From assembly GCA_964016885.1 (NCBI GenBank), contig OZ024740.1, positions 66,154,001 through 66,218,000 on the forward strand: a stretch of 64,000 nucleotides of DNA, given 5' to 3'. Positions 28,277 to 43,240 of the stretch are shown here, in pieces. The notes below the pieces were generated by a model. That model did no database searches, was not told the DNA's origin, and was given only the letters and a program-made list of their open reading frames with translations. Source of the stretch: Eledone cirrhosa (lineage: Eukaryota). The position numbers and the translations under genes are program-made. Numbering within the stretch: position 1 is the stretch's first letter; every line of letters starts with the position of its first letter.

Positions 28277-30646
28277 ATATATATATCCATTTTGTATTCG
28301 TATTTATATATACAAATCATAACCAGGAGATATGTCGAAGAGAAAATATACAAAAATTAACACTCTTAACAATTTCAAATTACATACTTATTCGTTTATA
28401 TTTTTCTGAAATCACTGAAGTGAATCACAATAAACAAAGCAGATCTTTGCGTGGCCGGTCACAAAAAACAGCCGAATAAATAACATTTAAATGTCTGTCA
28501 CAATAGATCGTTTGTTGTAGAAAAAAAAGAAAGGATGTTTACTAACGATCTGTTGTGTTTAACTCAAATGGGTAGTATGTGATCGCGTCATTTTATTGTT
28601 AAAAAAGATCCGCTTAAATAGATGTTTTTTAAAGTGTATATTTTACACAACCCTATTCATTGTTACACACACACACACACACACACACACATATGTATAT
28701 TGATATGTGGCTGCATGTATGTGTCTGTGTGTGTCAGTGTGTGTTGTGTATATCTGTCGGTATGGAGGTTTTTTTTTTTATTCATGACGCTAAGAATATG
28801 CTTTAGAAATATTTAGAAATGGGACTGTGTAAGATCCATGCAAATAAAGAAATATAATTTGAATCAATCAAATATATTTGAGTTTCTTTTCCAAAACCCC
28901 CAAAAAGCATACTACTTACACTACATTTATTATTTTCAAAATACTGTTTAACATCGTTCGGTATATATATACTCTGTTCAAGCAAAATTGCTTGTTACAG
29001 ACTCTCGATTTAGTCATATTATTTTTGTATTGAGATCTGCAGCCTGAATCGAGGTAATGAATATAGACATGGTTTTGTTGTTTTAGACATAGGTTTCGTA
29101 TCCGAACCAACTGCGTTAGGACTTTGACAAAATTCTGCTATGACAATTTAAGTCAACCAAAACTGCTGAGTCAAATACCTTTGTGTGAAACAGTTCTTCG
29201 GAAAAACTGTTGATATTTAGTGTATCGCATAGGGTACTCATTGTTAAGTCAATTTGTTGCTGCTAATTTATTATATATATATCTGCAAGTTTTTCCAACC
29301 AGGCTATTTCGATTGTAATGCGTATACAAATGCTTTACAAAAGATGGTATTTAAGAATAAATACCAAGAGATGATATGTAAGAATGCCCTTAGATATTTA
29401 CGTATAATTAATTCTAAGAATAATTACATGGTCGAACACAGCAAAGCCACGACATCCCTGACAATGTTTCATTAGAGTTAACTATGACTGAAGATCATTG
29501 TGATGCACTATGCATTAAATTTTATGATTTGCAAATATAGCACCGCGAATACGTCATTCGCAATGCAATCATAGTGTTCGTTTCAGCCTTGTGAATGATA
29601 ATGTGTAGATGAAAACTTTGTAGAAAGACTTACTCTTGTATTTTATCTAAAATACAAAAGCTCCAGCTCTGTCTTCCATTGTGTTACAATGTTTCGGTTT
29701 AGGGACTATTTGCATGTTCTTTTACGCATTAGACACCAGTTGATGGAACAACTAAATGAGTATTTTCGAAACCGACGGTGGATCCAATGGGATATTCGGA
29801 ATTATGAAATACTACCATAAAAGCTACTCTTCGGTTGTTTTTCTGCTAGTATGTGTAGTGGGCATATTGATATTATACGCAGATATATATGCATGCCGAT
29901 ATGATACGTCAAATAAAATCGAAATTGACAATGTGCACAGAAATGGAAGAGACACTGTGTTACACTGTCTTATGTAATCAGTAAAGTAATCCATGATACG
30001 TTTCAAAACGACGATATTATATACAAACTGCATCACGATGAAGTGGAATGAAAACGAAAGAGGAGAAAATTAGCGATAGAAATATAAACGTTATGATATA
30101 ACGATGCAAATATATGAACGTTAATACAATCGATATGTGATCAAGCGTCCGTTATATCATAACCGGCTGTATTGACATTTGAGCATTTTAAAGAAATGAA
30201 TCTTAAAACAAACAATCATTATATATAAGAATAGTTATGTTTAATGAACAGCTACGAAAATTAGTACATAAAATATGTAACATTCATTCATTATTGATTC
30301 ATAATAATCCAACTTATTTTACTCACGAAATAAAAAGATATTTTCAGGACACAGTCCCGCACTACTGCTTTTATTATATTATGATTATGAAATTAATTTA
30401 TTACCTACTTGAATCTCAGTTAACTGCATGCTTATGAAAGGGGGGATGCAGAATGCAGGTAACGGAATATCAAATAGTCTTGCAGCATGTACAGTACACA
30501 CTTAATATTTAATGCCAATATAAATTCTAATTCCATACAATTTCATCCATGCGCCAAAATAGATTTAAATGCTAAAAACCACTGGAAAATGTTTGTGCTT
30601 TGTTTAAAACCAGTCAATACATACACACACACACGCACACACACAC

Positions 30647-30698
<52 letters not shown>

Positions 30699-30730
30699 AG
30701 ATCAAAAGATGGTTAAAGGAGTTCCATGTA

Positions 30731-30797
30731 TTTTATTATGCGCATTTCAAAAACAAACATCATCATGCAATAATATTTGTGTTTTCATCAGATAAAA
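30731..30797 (-). ncRNA. Type I hammerhead, intact core
   Basis: ttttat-CTGATGA-aaacacaaatattattgcatgatgatgtttgttttt-GAAA-tgcgca-TA-ataaaa. Confidence 0.8.
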
Positions 30798-31971
30798 CAG
30801 GAGAACATGATATGAAGGCTAAAAAACACTTGTGGATAGTGCAGTTTTAAATCAACATATGAAAAGTGGTTTTAGATTGATGTGTGATATTGGGAAAAAT
30901 ATTTTATTTAGAGAGGGGGGTGGGGTGGAAAGGATGAAAAGGGGGAGGAGATGAGAGTGAAGGGGGAGAGATGGGTGATAGAGAGAAAGAGATAGTTTTT
31001 ATAACTGAGAGAAGATATATTGTTTTACATAGAGAGGTTGAAAACCGTTGGAAGATAATGTATAAATTAAAAGAATTTGAAAATTAACGAAGGGAAAAAT
31101 ATGTACGAGGAAAAAATATATTATTTAGGGAGGGGGGGGAAAGGATGGGAAAAGGGGAGGAGATGAGAGTGAAGGTGGAGAGGGAGAGATGGGTGATAGA
31201 GATAAATAGATAGTTTTTATAACTGAGAAAAGATATATTGTTTTACATAGAGAGGTTGAGAACCGTTGGAAGATAATGTATAAATTAAAAGAATTTGAAA
31301 ATTAACGAAGGGAAAAATATGTACGAGGAAAGAAAGGGAGTTTATGTATGAAGATAGAGAGAAAAAATAATAATTGCGGATGAATATTCTAACGTCAAAA
31401 AGGTGTATGTTGATAAGTATTGTGGCAATTTCAAAATTAACGAAGAGAAAAAATTATTAAGGTTTGTGTGTAGAAGGATTTGAGAAAAATAATGTGAAGT
31501 TAAAGTTTGTATATTGAAGGAATTGATAATATGTGCGAAGAAAGAGTTAATATGTATTAAAAAATTATTAAGGTTTGTGTATTAGATGATTTGAGAAAAA
31601 TAATGTGAAGTTAAGGTTTGTATATTGAAGGAGTTGATAATATGTGCGAAGAAAGAGTTAATATGTATTAAGAATGAGTTCGTTGATGGGGAGAAAAAAA
31701 TAATAAATTAAGGATGAAATTGAGATTTAAAAGTTTTATGATAGAGAGAAAAAATAATAATAATTGCGGATGAATATTCTAACGTCAAAAAAACAAATGT
31801 ATATGTTATGAAGGATTTTACAAGGTGAAGATAGAATGGGGGTAATGAGTAAACAAGTATTATAGAGTGTATAATGCCCTTTGAAGTAAGGTAGGAAGAT
31901 GGGTATATTTTAAAGAGGTGTATGTATATGTGCCTTTGAGAAAAGATTCTAAATTGATAAAGAATTGAATA

Positions 31972-33720
31972 TTAGCTGTATACTTTGTGAAAAGTCCTAT
32001 GGAATTTATGGAGGCAGATAGAAATCAAATCTGTATATCTATTTATTATAGAATCTAGATTAGAGATAATGGTAAATTTTTCATTTAGGCAGAGATTACA
32101 GATTTTAGATAGAGAGCTGTTCAAGTATGAGGAAGCAGAAGAAACCTTCTTCCAAAAGATGGTATATTTAATGTTTTTGTCTTTCAAGGACCATATGAGT
32201 TCTGAGAGAGACGTGTTGGTTCTTTTAAGTTTGTATTTAAAAGATGAATGGTGATTATAGAGACGAGCTTTAAAAGAGGTGGAAGTGGAGCCAAAATAGG
32301 TGAAGGAATTGGTGCTAGTTATAACTTTACATTCATAAATTAAGTTTTTATCAAGACAATGGTTGTTGAGAGGACATTTATTTTTAATGCGGCAGTTGCA
32401 ATAAGAGAGATTATTAATGAGTGACCTAGTGTTATCTATAGAAGGAATTGGATTGGAGAAGTTGTTTGCGATAGGAATAATAGGAATAATAGTTTCTTGA
32501 TTTAGAGTTGGATTATGAACATTTAGCGAAGTTGTGTTTGACGTTGTATTTGGGTTTACAGAAGTTAGCCTAGGGTTTACAATGACGTCGGGAGTACTAT
32601 TACTGTTATTATGAAATTCAATGTTGGAAGGAAGAGATTTAGTATTTAGTATTTTATTGTTGTGTTTAGAGATGATGTTGGAAATATTGGAGGATGTAGA
32701 ATAAGAAAATTTGATGGTGTGTTTGTTAAATATTTTACTATAGATATGTGAGGGAGGAAAGCATTTATTTAAGGCACTAAAGAATAATTTAGGAATATTG
32801 TTATTAATAGAGATGGAGAAAGGAGCATTATACCAGATTATGTTTTTGTATCTAGGTCTTTTATTAAAATTATTGGAATGATCATGATTAATTATTCTAC
32901 TGTAAGTTTTTCTAGAATTTGTTTCTTTACTATATTTGATTTTATCTGGATAGCCGGCTTTAGAAAGTGCGTTATTATAGTAATTGGCGTTAGCATCAAA
33001 GATGTTTTTATTAGAAGATATGTTAGATATTCTTTTTCCAATATTACTAACTATAGCATTCTTGATATTGGTAGGATGGTTAGATTTAAAGTTAACATAA
33101 TTTAGGTTCTCATTGTTTTTATGGTAAGGGTAATATAGGCCAGTGTCAAGATTAAGAGATACATCCAAGAAATTAGCTAGTTTGATACTATTATCAAATT
33201 CAATTTTTAGGTTATGTTGGTTAAAGAGATTACGTATATTGTTCTTAATAATATTAAGGTTAACTATATTGCAATTTAAGATAGTAAAGAGTCCATCGTC
33301 ACGATAAATTCCACCGCGAAGTTGAGGAATTTTCCGACTCAAAGAGTTCAAAATAAAGATACCAATTAAATCAGTCAATTGGGATGAGTCGGATGCTCCC
33401 ATTGTGATGTCGAAGTTGCTAGAGGTATCGGCTCTGGTCCAATATTCGTTGTTGAACTCTAGGATGGTTTTACGTGCGGTGAGGATGATGTGAAGTTCAT
33501 CTGTGGTGATGTCAGAATATTTAAGTGCGAAAGATAGAGCATTATTGAGAAGTGAAGGCGAAATGGAGGAATAGTAGCTGGCAATATCAAATTGAATAAA
33601 TTTTAGTTTGTTTTTATTATCCAATTTGTTGAACCAGCCAATCACTTCAGAAGTACCAAACCATAAATTTAGGTTCAAAGAAGAGCAATTATAACTAACC
33701 TGTGGGATAATTCTATCCAA
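31972..33720 (-). CDS. PLE RT-GIY-YIG polyprotein, 5'-truncated (582-aa open segment)
   Basis: FDIASYY, ITMGA, IYRDD, NFLDV, SNHP, WYNAPF, CNCRIKNKCPLNNHC, LIY..YFG, CNLC..ICLH. Confidence 0.85.
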   Translation of the reverse strand: MDRIIPQVSYNCSSLNLNLWFGTSEVIGWFNKLDNKNKLKFIQFDIASYYSSISPSLLNNALSFALKYSDITTDELHIILTARKTILEFNNEYWTRADTSSNFDITMGASDSSQLTDLIGIFILNSLSRKIPQLRGGIYRDDGLFTILNCNIVNLNIIKNNIRNLFNQHNLKIEFDNSIKLANFLDVSLNLDTGLYYPYHKNNENLNYVNFKSNHPTNIKNAIVSNIGKRISNISSNKNIFDANANYYNNALSKAGYPDKIKYSKETNSRKTYSRIINHDHSNNFNKRPRYKNIIWYNAPFSISINNNIPKLFFSALNKCFPPSHIYSKIFNKHTIKFSYSTSSNISNIISKHNNKILNTKSLPSNIEFHNNSNSTPDVIVNPRLTSVNPNTTSNTTSLNVHNPTLNQETIIPIIPIANNFSNPIPSIDNTRSLINNLSYCNCRIKNKCPLNNHCLDKNLIYECKVITSTNSFTYFGSTSTSFKARLYNHHSSFKYKLKRTNTSLSELIWSLKDKNIKYTIFWKKVSSASSYLNSSLSKICNLCLNEKFTIISNLDSIINRYTDLISICLHKFHRTFHKVYS

Positions 33721-34235
33721 GATGGCTTTACTAACAACACCCAGATCAGATTTAGAGGGGGCGATTAATCTAACAGGTAGTTCAGTGCGAAAATTGTTTT
33801 TGTGATCCTAGAGATTTATTCTCGGAGTTCCTGGGAGGAATGGGTCGGTCTTTTTTTCAATGCCAAGTTTTGACATAATCTCTGAGGCTTCAAGGTTTAT
33901 GTATTCTAAATTTTCATGGTTGGTTTTACGATACTTTTTCCTAAGTTCCTTCAGGATAAGGTTGTTATAATTATCCTTGGAAATACCATATAAGTTATTG
34001 GTTTTGTCAGAGTGGACTAAAACATTTTTTGAGGAATTTAGGTTAGAAATTGTGTTCTTGAGATTTACAAGGTGCTCTTGTCCTCTGTAAGGGTATCTCT
34101 TGAATTTAAGATTTTTTATTATTTTAGTTAATTCTTCCTCGAATTGTACTAGATTTTTGTTGGAAGGAGGATTTCGTCTAGAATTAAATAGATGATCGAG
34201 GAAGTCATGTTCTTTGGTATAGAAGTTCCCTTTTA

Positions 34236-36937
34236 GGGAGCATCCGATTTATCCCAATTGACTGATTTAATTGGTATCTTTATTTTGAACTCTTTGAGTC
34301 GGAAAATTCCTCAAATTCGCGGTGGAATTTATCGTGACGATGGACTCTTTACTATCTTAAATTGCAATATAGTTAACCTCAATATTATTAAGAACAATAT
34401 ACGTAATCTCTTTAACCAACAAAACCTAAAAATTGAATTTGATAATAGTATCAAACTAGCTAATTTCTTGGATGTATCTCTTAATCTTGACACTGGCATA
34501 AAAACAATGAGAACCTAAATTATGTTAACTTTAAATCTAACCATCCTACCAATATCAAGAATGCTATAGTTAGTAATATTGGAAAAAGAATATCTAACAT
34601 ATCTTCTAATAAAAACATCTTTGATGCTAACGCCAATTACTATAATAACGCACTTTCTAAAGCCGGCTATCCAGATAAAATCAAATATAGTAAAGAAACA
34701 AATTCTAGAAAAACTTACAGTAGAATAATTAATCATGATCATTCCAATAATTTTAATAAAAGACCTAGATACAAAAACATAATCTGGTATAATGCTCCTT
34801 TCTCCATCTCTATTAATAACAATATTCCTAAATTATTTTTTAGTGCCTTAAATAAATGCTTCCCTCCCTCACATATCTATAGTAAAATATTTAACAAACA
34901 CACCATCAAATTTTCTTATTCTACATCCTCCAATATTTCCTATATCATCTCTAAACACAACAATAAAATACTAAATACTAAATCTCTTCCTTCCAACATT
35001 GAATTTCATAATAACAGTAATAGTACTCCCGACGTCATTGTAAACCCTAGGCTAACTTCTGTAAACCCAAATACAACGTCAAACACAACTTCGCTAAATG
35101 TTCATAATCCAACTCTAAATCAAGAAACTATTATTCCTATTATTCCTATCGCAAACAACTTCTCCAATCCAATTCCTTCTATAGATAACACTAGGTCACT
35201 CATTAATAATCTCTCTTATTGTAACTGCCGCATTAAAAATAAATGTTCTCTCAACAACCATTGTCTTGATAAAAACTTAATTTATGAATGTAAAGTTATA
35301 ACTAGCACCAATTCCTTCACCTATTTTGGCTCCACTTCCACCTCTTTTAAAGCTCGTCTCTATAATCACCATTGATCTTTTAAATACAAACTTAAAAGAA
35401 CCAACACGGCTCTCTCAGAACTCATATGGTCCTTGAAAGACAAACACATTAAATATACCATCTTTTGGAAGAAGGTTTCTTCTGCTTCCTCATACTTGAA
35501 CAGCTCTCTATCTAAAATCTGTAATCTCTGCCTAAATGAAAAATTTACCATTATCTCTAATCTAGATTCTATAATAAATAGACGTACAGATTTGTTTTCT
35601 ATCTGCCTGCACAAATTCCATAGGACTTTTCACAAAGTATACAGCTAATATTCAATTCTTTATCAATTTAGAATATTTTCTCAAAGGCACATATACATAC
35701 ACCTCTTTAAAATATACCCATCTTCCTACCTTACTTCAAAGGGCATTATACACTCTATAATACTTGTTTACTCATTACCCCCATTCTATCTTCACCTTGT
35801 AAAATCCTTCATAACATATACATTTGTTTTTTTGACGTTAGAATATTCATCCGCAATTATTATTATTTTTTCTCTCTATCATAAAACTTTTTAATCTCAA
35901 TTTCATCCTTAATTTATTATTTTTTCTCCCCATCAACGAACTCATTCTTAATACATATTAACTCTTTCTTCGCACATATTATCAACTCCTTCAATATACA
36001 AACCTTAACTTCACATTATTTTTCTCAAATCATCTAATACACAAACCTTAATAATTTTTTAATACATATTAACTCTTTCTTCGCACATATTATCAATTCC
36101 TTCAATATACAAACTTTAACTTCACATTATTTTTCTCAAATCCTTCTACACACAAACCTTAATAATTTTTTCTCTTCGTTAATTTTGAAATTGCCACAAT
36201 ACTTATCAACATACACCTTTTTGACGTTAGAATATTCATCCGCAATTATTATTTTTTCTCTCTATCTTCATACATAAACTCCCTTTCTTTCCTCGTACAT
36301 ATTTTTCCCTTCGTTAATTTTCAAATTCTTTTAATTTATACATTATCTTCCAACGGTTCTCAACCTCTCTATGTAAAACAATATATCTTTTCTCAGTTAT
36401 AAAAACTATCTATTTCTCTCTATCACCCATCTCTCCCTCTCCACCTTCACTCTCATCTCCTCCCCTTTTTCCATCCTTTCCACCCCCCCCTCCCTAAATA
36501 AAATATTTTTTCCTCGTACATATTTTTCCCTTCGTTAATTTTCAAATACTTTTAATTTATACATTATCTTCCAACGGTTTTCAACCTCTCTATGTAAAAC
36601 AATATATCTTCTCTCAGTTATAAAAAACTATCTCTTTGTCTCTATCACCCATCTCTCCCTCTCCACCTTCACTCTCATCTCCTCCCCTTTTTCATCCTTT
36701 CCACCCCACCCCCTCTCTAAATAAAATATTTTTCCCAATATCACACATCAATCTAAAACCACTTTTCATATGTTGATTTAAAACTACACTATCCACAAGT
36801 GTTTTTTAGCCTTCATATCATGTTCTCCTGCTTTATCTGATGAAAACACAAATATTATTGCATGATGATGTTTGTTTTTGAAATGCGCATAATAAAATAC
36901 ATGGAACTCCTTTAACCATCTTTTGATCTTATATTAT
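34236..36937 (+). mobile_element. Penelope-like element, family A2, right arm (inverted copy of 30692-33401)
   Basis: Near-identical reverse complement; ~16-bp deletion near 34497 and a stop near 35374. Confidence 0.93.
36832..36897 (+). ncRNA. Type I hammerhead, intact core (mirror copy)
   Basis: Same motif as 30731-30797. Confidence 0.8.
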
Positions 36938-37274
36938 GTATACTCCTGTCCTACAAACTGTAGAGTGCTTCTTATACGATATCTGCATTGCTTTATTGTA
37001 CTACAATAAAACTCACCTCCTACATATATATATATATATATATATTTCATTCCTGAATTTGTTTAGCAAGATTCTTTATCTGAAAACGTGTGTTGAAACC
37101 GATATTGTTATGCTTTGGGAGGGTGATGTTGCCAATAAGAAACACACGCACCAGTTGCTTTCTCTCCAATTTATTATAAATTAAATTTATTAATTTAAGA
37201 ATTTATAAATTTCCGGTAATAAAGGAAGCTAAATTTTAATTATTTGACTTATCTATTTTATTATATATATATAT

Positions 37275-37467
37275 AGTAATAATAATAGATTGAAGACTAA
37301 AATCCAAAATGGGCTCGATAAGGATAAATATATATCAAATATATAAGAAGCGTAGAGCAATAGATTTAAGTTTAAGTAAAGAATCGCTGCTTTCACCCTT
37401 AACTGGGTCAGCTGAAGATCCCGTTAAGGGTGAAATCAGCGATTCTTTGCTTTAATCTGTTATTTTA

Positions 37468-37472
<5 letters not shown>
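37275..37472. mobile_element. Second copy of the palindromic mini-element
   Basis: Shares arms and tail with 27754-28040; contains CTGAAGA-tcccgttaagggt-GAAA. Confidence 0.7.
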
Positions 37473-37531
<59 letters not shown>

Positions 37532-37549
37532 ATATATATATATGTATGT

Positions 37550-38296
37550 AGATAAATCTAACAAAATAAACCATAGTGTCCAATCCGTATGAACTCAGTG
37601 TAATCCAAATATAGAAGATATCATGAAAAGAGAAAATACATTCAGAAATTAACGATAAAAATCATAGGAAAACAGAGTCAAGATAAATTAATAAAAACAA
37701 TGAAATAAAAACAAAGAACAGGTTCCTTATATTGAAAGATTCATCATTTTACGATCGTTTCTGGTATATATATGTGTGTTTGTATGTATATCATGTTAAA
37801 GACCTATCTAAAAAAATTACAAATTATCAGAGGAGATATACATACCTTCACCTATACATGCCATCTTCAGAAATGATGAAGTATGTTTATTGAAAGAAAC
37901 AAAATATTAATATAAAGGTAAGTTTCCCATTGTATTCTTTTAATTCAAAGCATACATTTACAGTCCTCCACTCCTAGCATCAAGTTCTACTACTGTAATT
38001 CTATTAACTTGACATGTAACTCTTTTCTATTGGTCAATTCAAAACCTCTTCCCAAACAGACCTTTTATATTAATACTTTGTTTCTTTCAATAAACATACT
38101 TCATCACTTCTGAAGATGGCATGCATAGGTGAAGGTATGTATATCTCCTCTGATAACTTGTAATTTTTTTTGATAGATCTTTAAGATGATATACATACCA
38201 ACAGACATATATATCCCCAAAACGATCGTAAATGATGAATTTTTCAATATAAGGAACCTGTTCTTTGTTTTTATTTCATTGGTTTTATTAATTTAT
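37550..38296. mobile_element. ORF-less fold-back element (arms ~37683-37920 and ~38060-38296) between (TA)n tracts
   Basis: Direct reverse-complement match; each arm carries an HHR. Confidence 0.8.
37740..37880 (-). ncRNA. Type I hammerhead with long stem II
   Basis: ttcatcattt-CTGAAGA-tgg...cca-GAAA-cgatcg-TA-aaatgatgaa; 10-bp stem I. The mirror copy at 38100-38239 has GAAA changed to AAAA. Confidence 0.85.
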
Positions 38297-38339
38297 ATAT
38301 ATATATATATATATTAATATATATATATATATATATATA

Positions 38340-39422
<1,083 letters not shown>

Positions 39423-40939
39423 CGCTCACTGCCGGAAAACCCTCCTCTTCAACGACGGAGTAGCCTGGGCAAAGAAATCTACATCTTCAGACCTGTTCGA
39501 CGTCTCCATGTGATCGTTTGACAGTGCTGACGTATGTGACTTGGTTGGCCTTTTTATCTTAGATATATTACGTGTTAGATTCCCGGACTTTCACACGGGA
39601 ATATACTGTGACGATGAACTGACTTTATCGAGCCATAAAAGTGGTCACGACCTCGACCGGTTTAAAAAAGCGTAGATTTCTTAGACATTAATTTAGACCT
39701 TCGCACACACACCCACAAACCCTTCCAGAATCTAAACGAGAAACTTAATTACATTCACAAGGAGTCATGCCACCCTCCCACTGTTTTTAGAAATTTCGTT
39801 AAGAATATCAGTAATAGAATCTCAAACCTCTCCTCTATTAAGGCTATCTTTGACAAGGCGGCACCCTACTATAACACGGAGTTGGCTAACAACTGGTTCT
39901 CACAAGCTATCACCTTCTCTCCCACTAGCAACAACACCATTAAGAAAATAAGCGCTTCAATAGACAAAATATCTGGTTCTCTCCTCCCTTCCCACTCAAC
40001 GTTAAATCAATGTAGGAAAAACATTTCTAGCCCTCTTAGATATACACTTCCACATAGGTCATAAATACCGCTTCATCTTTAATCGATACAAAGTTAAACT
40101 AGGATACTCCTGCGCTAAGAACACGAAAGCCCACATCAGCAGCTGTAGGAGCTACACCCCACCAGGGTGCTCTTGCCGTAAGCCTGAAGCTTGCCCCCTT
40201 CAACAGCAATGCAACACACGAGCTGTAATCTATGAAGCTGTGGTCACTTCCAACCGACCAAACAAACCACAGGAGGTCAAATCCTATGTGGGCATGGCGG
40301 AGGGCCGATTCAAGGAGTGTTTCCTGAACCACCAGTCTACCTTCAGATACCCGGACAGGCGTTCATCCACGAAACTAGGCGAGCCACGTATGGTACCTCA
40401 AGGACTCACGTATAGGCTACTCCATTCAATGGAAAGCCATCACTACGTCCAAGCCATACGCAAGGGGAAATCCGACTTGTGGCTTATGTATCGACAAACG
40501 AATAGCTTTCCTAAAGAGTTTACGCAATAATGATTGCCTAAACACGAGAAGTGAATTTTTCACACGTTGTCCACACGTCACCAAACATCTATTTCATAAC
40601 TACAAGGCTCTGGATTGATTCTTTGTAATTTTATTTTAAATTTTTTAAATTTTATTTTCAACCTACAAACTTTCCTGACTTTCGCATTTATCTCCCTTAC
40701 ACCTCCCGCACGCAGTCTAGTATTGCCTGTGTGAAGTGACTGACTTTCTGCGCATGCGCGTTCGTACGGTTGTCCTTCCTGTTCCTATAATCATAAACAT
40801 CCTGAGATGAAGGTCAGCGAAGGTGAAACAATTGTTCTCGGTATGGTGAACTACCTGTTGTGTAACCACTTCTACCTACCTAACTCGTCCCTTGGATTGA
40901 ATGCTCTACCACTACTGATATTACCTTCCAGTGTTCCAC

Positions 40940-40945
<6 letters not shown>
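39423..40945 (+). mobile_element. PLE family B, right arm, decayed
   Basis: RT remnants (FDVSM*SFDSADVCDLVG, IYCDD), CSCRKPEACPLQQQC, YVGMAEGRFK; degenerate HHR-like motif at ~40798-40856. Confidence 0.88.
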
Positions 40946-40999
<54 letters not shown>

Positions 41000-42900
41000 G
41001 TTCACGGGGAGTAATTTGGTGTCAGAATCAATCGTTAATTGGTTAGGTTAGGCCTGATATTTCGTTTTGCGTTTGAGTTATTTCGGAAATGGATGGAATG
41101 AGTTATTAGCTTAGAATATAACAGATTAAGAGGGTTGGGCACGTTGACGCAGGCGACGTCTATACTTACTAAGCCCGAGGTAAATCAATTTTTGAATGGT
41201 TTTGAAATATGTATATCATAACGCCTACAGTTAAATCAGCAGGTAATTCGTTACAATATGGGGAAAATTCTAGCTGACGGTTTTAGCTAGGGAGCTAGGA
41301 TGGGATGTTAATTATAACTTTAGCGTTAATGGTACATACAAGCTGAACTCAGGAATAGTAATCAGCTAATAGAAAACCTTAGGTTGGTAGTGGAGGATCT
41401 GTGTGGTTACCAGTTGAAGGAGGAGAATATGTGAGTTTCTAAAGTGTTCTGGATGCCAAAGCTGCACAAGGCACTACATAGATGTATATTTATAACTATT
41501 AAGTCAACAAATAGATATCTAGTTATTTTAATTAACGAAACTTTAGTAGTAGTTAAATAGGCTTTCGATAAATATTGTAACGCAATTGTTGCAAATGTTG
41601 GGATGAATATGAGGTGAAGTGTTAGCATCAAATGATGATTTTTTTACTTAGATTGAATAGATTGAAGATGATAAAAACTATGCACGTATTGCATTTTTCC
41701 ACCTTTTACACTAGTTCGGAATTGAGCCAGCTGATTAGGCTTAACAATCTATCATCCTTACCCTGACATCAACATTACTATCCTAGTTGTCATCATTTCA
41801 ACAATTTCCCCTTCTACCCGGTCATCTAATGTTCTTTTTTTCATAATCATAAAATCTCTGTACAATTATCCTCTCTTAACACTTCAATTATCTCACCTAC
41901 CAGCCAACTGCCTCTGTCCCCTTCCACATAACCGAACGTATCACCATTTTTAGCGGGAAAGAATTATCAATAAATTGTATCTGTAACTATGAGAACGTGA
42001 ATTTGTCCTAATTTCGCAAACATTTTCGACTGTAAGTTTGATCCCTAGGCTTTCACATCGATCACCGGCCGTATAGACGAAGAGTAAATTCGCTACATTA
42101 AAGTCGTCATGGAGGCTACCTTTCTCTCCCATACTTAACTCACTTCTTTCATCATCTTTCATCCTTATCTTTTGTTCACATCATTTATCACGGACATTAC
42201 CATGAAGCTTTTTAATATCTCTGATTTTATCCACCTTTCAGCTGGCATTTTCTTCCCACAATTAGTCAAACACGCACTCAACCGCGCCCTATTTCCTGTC
42301 ATCTACCACCTCTCCAAGTTACATTTTCCTCTTGAGATCATGAACGCTCTTCGTCTTTTTCAAATAGATCTTGCCGAATTTGCATTCCTTCATGTACAAC
42401 TACAACTTTCATGGTATATAACGAGAGAATTTGAACACACCACCAGAGAATCTGTAACTTTATACTACCAACATACTCGCCCAATATACCTCCTCACACA
42501 TTCCTTCATCATTACACTAAAACATTGCTTTGCTTCTCTCATTTTTCTTTCGAATTCCTGTTACAAAACCATGTCTTGGCATCCTGCCAATCGAATATAT
42601 ACGTAATTCATTTACAGGCTCCTCGCCGTTTTTATGTTTTACATTCTCTTTCTATTCCTCTCTCTAAAACTCGATGAAGGGCGTTCTCAGAATCCTTATG
42701 GACTAGTCCTCTCGCACTGGAATACTCAATTATTATCGTATTATTGTGTTTTTCGATTTCTGACTTTGTTTCGGTGTCTTCGCTCACGCTCCTCCCATCT
42801 GCACACACGCACTCACGCATATATATATATATATATATATATATACATGTGTGTGTGTGTGTGTGTGAATATATATATATATATACATATATACAGCAAC

Positions 42901-42950
<50 letters not shown>

Positions 42951-43195
42951 GTAAGTATGCATGTATACGTACATACATATATGTATACAGACGTACAGCA
43001 GCATGCACACATATATATATATATACATATATACATACATATGCATACAGGTACACATACATATATGCACGTATCAGTTTAGCGGCACTTATTATAACGT
43101 CGCTTTGTTCGTTTGTAAACAAACTGAACAGCCTGGATTTATGCCATACGGTGTTAAGGCAACCACGTCACCTTTTTGTTCAACACTGACACAGG

Positions 43196-43240
43196 AACGA
43201 TGTACTAGTTTCAAGCTTGTTAGCTATCATCAGCACCGTT
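43196..43240 (-). ncRNA. Minimal type I hammerhead, array copy 1
   Basis: aacggtg-CTGATGA-tagctaacaagctt-GAAA-ctag-TA-catcgtt. Confidence 0.88.

Larger units (their letters stand above)
30692..34235 (-). mobile_element. Penelope-like element, family A2, left arm of a fold-back
   Basis: ORF 31972-33720, extendable to ~34230 past one stop near 33808; 3' UTR with internal ~220-bp and ~110-bp tandem duplications; terminal HHR. Confidence 0.93.

Noticed and set aside
29480-29520. CTGAAGA followed by a small hairpin
   Set aside because: No GAAA after the hairpin.
41030-42790. Possible very old PLE with an HHR relic near 42665-42745, and the 144-aa ORF at 42172-42606
   Set aside because: No recognisable protein motifs, and the relic needs three core changes.
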